NCBI GenBank assembly: GCA_032718475.1
Contig: JAUCBJ010007671.1
Coordinates: forward strand, 58,911-122,910
Length of the DNA: 64,000 bases
From: Nemertoderma westbladi
Taxonomy: Eukaryota > Animalia > Xenacoelomorpha
Direction: 5' to 3'
The notes under the pieces were generated by a model that made no database searches, had not been told where the DNA came from, and saw only the letters and a list, made by a program, of their open reading frames with translations. Shown here piece by piece: positions 60,828 to 64,000 of this stretch. A program made the translations under genes and the position numbers. Every line of letters starts with the position of its first letter. The stretch's first letter is position 1.

Positions 60828-62258
60828 CAACACTGTCGTCTTTTGGTTCTTCATAAATTGGTATATTTGATATTTTTATAGGTTTTTTGAGGTTTGTTTT
60901 ATAGTGCCCCCAAGGAAGCGATTGATTTTTATTAAGCCAATAAAGTTTATCATCAAAGCTACTGAGTGCAAATTTATTTTGCTTTAAGGTATAAATACGA
61001 TGTAATTTAGATTGAAATCTGTGTATGTTTTTTTTTATTTCTTCATTTGAGTTATATGCTTTTAAATATTCTTCATGTGTAATATTCGTTTCCACAACAG
61101 CTCTTGTAATACCTTTTGCTCTACGAATATTTTTATTATTCCATTCCAAAATTGAATATAATTTTGGTCTTAAAAATACTGCTTGTTTAATTTCACATGA
61201 GGCTAGTTCGTCTTTACAGTAATAGAGTCTGGATTTATTTTTATCGCTGTAGAGTAATTGGGTTATTGAATCCAATTACCCTTAGGGTAATTGGATGTAT
61301 CTAAAATATTATTTTTAATTAATGCTTTTAAAAAATTATTCTGCGATATATTATAGTAACAACCTATCAATGAGTCAGTGTCTGATGCAGCAATTTCAAT
61401 ACGACAGTTTAATTCTTTCTCAATAGGTAGCAATTTATTGTAATACAGATCATACATATCCAATTTAGCCAAGTCCAACACAGCGCTACCAATAAATATA
61501 GGCTTATCGAGAGTTACAGAGTCTTTCACTAATAAATGTCCCGATAGTGTATTATTGTATATTATAAATTGTTCATGATTAATACGATTTACCAATTGAT
61601 CGCATTTATCGTTGCTATTTGCGATACGAAAGTTACATCGGTCACGTATCCTCTCTATTGATTTGCCAAACAGCGAATTATTGAGCAATTTCGCAACAGC
61701 TGTTTCAATATAACTTTTTGCCAGTCGCCTTTGATTAATATTAAAATCGATGTAATTTTTAAATACAAATTCTTGTTGAAAAGAATATAATTTATGTAGT
61801 TTAGTAACAATTAATCCATGTTTTATATAAAATTTTAACAGTTTCAAATGTAAATGATAAAACTCTTTATCAAATTGTGTCAGCATGAGTTTTGGTATAG
61901 ACATTCTATATTTACGGGATCTTTGTATCGACAAGTTATTAAATTGTTCCCGCATATAAGGTGAAAGCATTGATTCATTTATACTTAAATGCTCGGGGGC
62001 TAATGGTAATTGTAATGTTTGATCGTGAATAGCCTTGGGATAATTTAAATCACATATTAAAAAATATCCAGTAGATCCCTCAATGTCTAAATCTACCAAG
62101 TACTCGATTAGTTTTTCTGGTATTGCATTCTCTAAATGTTTAATACTTACTTCTTTGAATTGTGAGGTGGGTAGTTTTTTACTTAAATTCCCAGAATATA
62201 AAGAGTTGAAATCAATATTAAAAATATGGCATTCTTCCTTAGTAGAATCATATGTACT
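60802..62258 (-). pseudogene. Protein-primed family B DNA polymerase, polymerase domain; frameshift at ~61270, 5' part displaced by an insertion
   Basis: Motif A IDFNSLY (frame extends upstream of 62099), motif B KLLNNSLFGK, motif C SDTDS, LDTSNYP, LRPKLYS, RAKGI, LSSFDDK. Confidence 0.95.
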
Positions 62259-64000
62259 TGTGATGAATTATTTCACTATAAGGTAGCATTTGTAGTTTAA
62301 CTTTAACGTAAAAACTTTTGAAAATCCGACGTATTTTGATTAAATTACAGTAATGTAATATGCCGATTTATATTTGTACACATAAAACCCTTAGGTACTC
62401 TTGTGGCGTAGTGGTCAGATGGTTAAGGCGTTGGTTACATTACGTAGGTTACGAGTTCGAATCCCAGTCGGGAAATTTGTATTTTGGGGCCATTTATTTT
62501 CGTTTAGGTGCTAATTGGTAGGCCAATGAGAAGCGTACAACGTAGCGGATAATGAGCCAGGCCAATCATAGGGCATAAATTACCTTATTGCTCAAATGTG
62601 AGGCAGTGGAAAATTCTGTTAGGATTCCATGTCCCAGATTTAGTGTAAGGGCCGTATTGCGTTGAACGATGAGCTGGGCCAATCATAGGGCACGACGTAC
62701 TTCATTGCTCAATTGTGAAGCTGTGGAAAATTTTGTTTAGTTTCCATGTGCAATTTCTAGTATAAAAGGCCGGTTTGCCTTCGGTTATCACCTAGTAGGA
62801 CACTTCTACCCCCTTCGCTTACAACGTTACTCTATCAGTTTACTTTGTAAAATTAGTTAATTCGGTTTCTTGTTGAAACTTGTTTGATAAATCCTTTGTT
62901 AAAACTGTAAATATACTGCAATTTCCTGACATGTTTTCTTTTGGTCCGACTTCGGGACAGCCGAACACCAGGGAGATGGCAGCCTAGACCGTTAGGCCGT
63001 AAGCAACGCAGGGAAGGGATGTCCACAACACGCTAGCGCCCACATTTGGATCGACCGCGCACCCCCTTTGCCCCTTCGAAATGCTCAACTTGCCATGCAG
63101 CGCCCGCTTTGTGAGAAAGGTAAGACTTTGTTCGACGCCCTTGCCCGCCGTAAGACCTATAGATCAGGGTAAGCGTGACACCGCACTGGACGCCGCAAAT
63201 TTAGGATCAAATAATTATATCCAGACACCCCCCCCCCCCTTCTTGTCAGTCCTACGAATCCCTGGGTTAACCTGTACTTCCTACAGGTGCGAACTATTGC
63301 CATTCGTCAGTACGCGAGTACACATTAGGCACGGACAGCATACGTTCCATAATTTAGTGATTCATAGCACTGACTGTTTGGTACCGGTTCGTTTTGTAGA
63401 ATGTACATTAGTACCCCCCCCCCCCCCCCCCCTGTCTGGAGTTAGCTATTTGATCAGGCAAGGAGCATTTCTGCTACCGGCACACTGCTTGGCCTAGGGA
63501 GGTTTATTAATATCCTACCGCGCCTTGCCACGTACTGATAGGTATTGCTGCTAACTACCGCAGCAACAAAATTCTAGAATTAAATTAGTATACCAGATCA
63601 GCTAACGTACGGTAGCGATTAACCCCTATTCTTATCTTACAACCAGAATCTGGTATTAGTGCCGATCACGGGTGTAGTTACTAACACTGTGGTTGCCCAT
63701 TGGGTTGTGGATAGGAAGGAGAGAGCTTTGACGTCATTCGTGAGTATAAAGTTCTACAAACGCGACTAGTTTATTTTAGTAGCTAGCGCACGGTATCATT
63801 TTAGTCAGAAAATCACTAAAACCTAGTAAAAGGAATTACCCGAAATTGTTTTATTTGTAACACACCCACACACACACGCCCTAAAACATATCGCCCTTAA
63901 AGTTCTACTAGCTATAGCGTACTATACATTACGTTAGGAGGAAATTATTTGTATTCGTACAATTAGGATCTGATTTGATTGCGGCAAGATAAGGAGTATT
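62259..64000 (+). mobile_element. LTR-like element inserted in the Polinton polB (LTR plus non-coding leader)
   Basis: polB frame ends abruptly at TGTGATG (62259); duplicated ~118-bp CCAAT units 62550-62750; TATAAAA at 62761; no coding region in the window; LTR 3' end not fixed. Confidence 0.6.
62404..62485 (+). promoter_or_regulatory. tRNA-derived Pol III internal promoter (A and B boxes)
   Basis: TGGTCAGATGG (62412) and GAGTTCGAATCC (62453), then TTTT; no acceptor-stem pairing. Confidence 0.65.

Larger units (their letters stand above)
48638..62258. mobile_element. Polinton/Maverick (adintovirus-like endogenous virus): left end and most of the body
   Basis: AGTAGTAG terminus, repetitive subterminal region, then ATPase, INT, mCP x2, MCP and PRO on +, pPolB on -; right TIR not in the window. 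Confidence 0.95.

Noticed and set aside
62404-62475. Functional tRNA gene
   Set aside because: A and B boxes are present but the acceptor and anticodon stems do not pair.
6226-63432. Scattered poly-G/poly-C runs as a G-quadruplex system
   Set aside because: They sit in unrelated contexts, and homopolymer slippage or sequencing error is enough to explain them.

Overview
Eukaryotic, almost certainly invertebrate animal, genomic DNA made mostly of nested transposable elements. 1-16 kb holds two Bel/Pao LTR retrotransposons, one with near-intact gag-pol, plus an RTE LINE 5' fragment. 16-45 kb holds at least eight LINE relics (two near full length), Copia, CRE and Penelope fragments, a tRNA-derived SINE and an IS3EU-type MITE. 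These lie in or around the introns of one + strand host gene, whose three phase-1 exons encode a Thr-rich mucin with an SEA-like module and a GPI-type C-terminus. From 48638 there is an endogenous Polinton/Maverick (adintovirus-like) element. Its + strand carries RING protein, packaging ATPase, integrase, two minor capsid paralogues, a membrane-lytic-like protein, major capsid, adenain protease and a DnaQ-like gene. Its - strand carries protein-primed PolB, which an LTR-like element interrupts at 62259. The most striking observation is an intact, divergent TATA-binding-protein-like gene overlapping the 3' end of the Polinton polB. All calls come from reading motifs by eye; no database searches were run.
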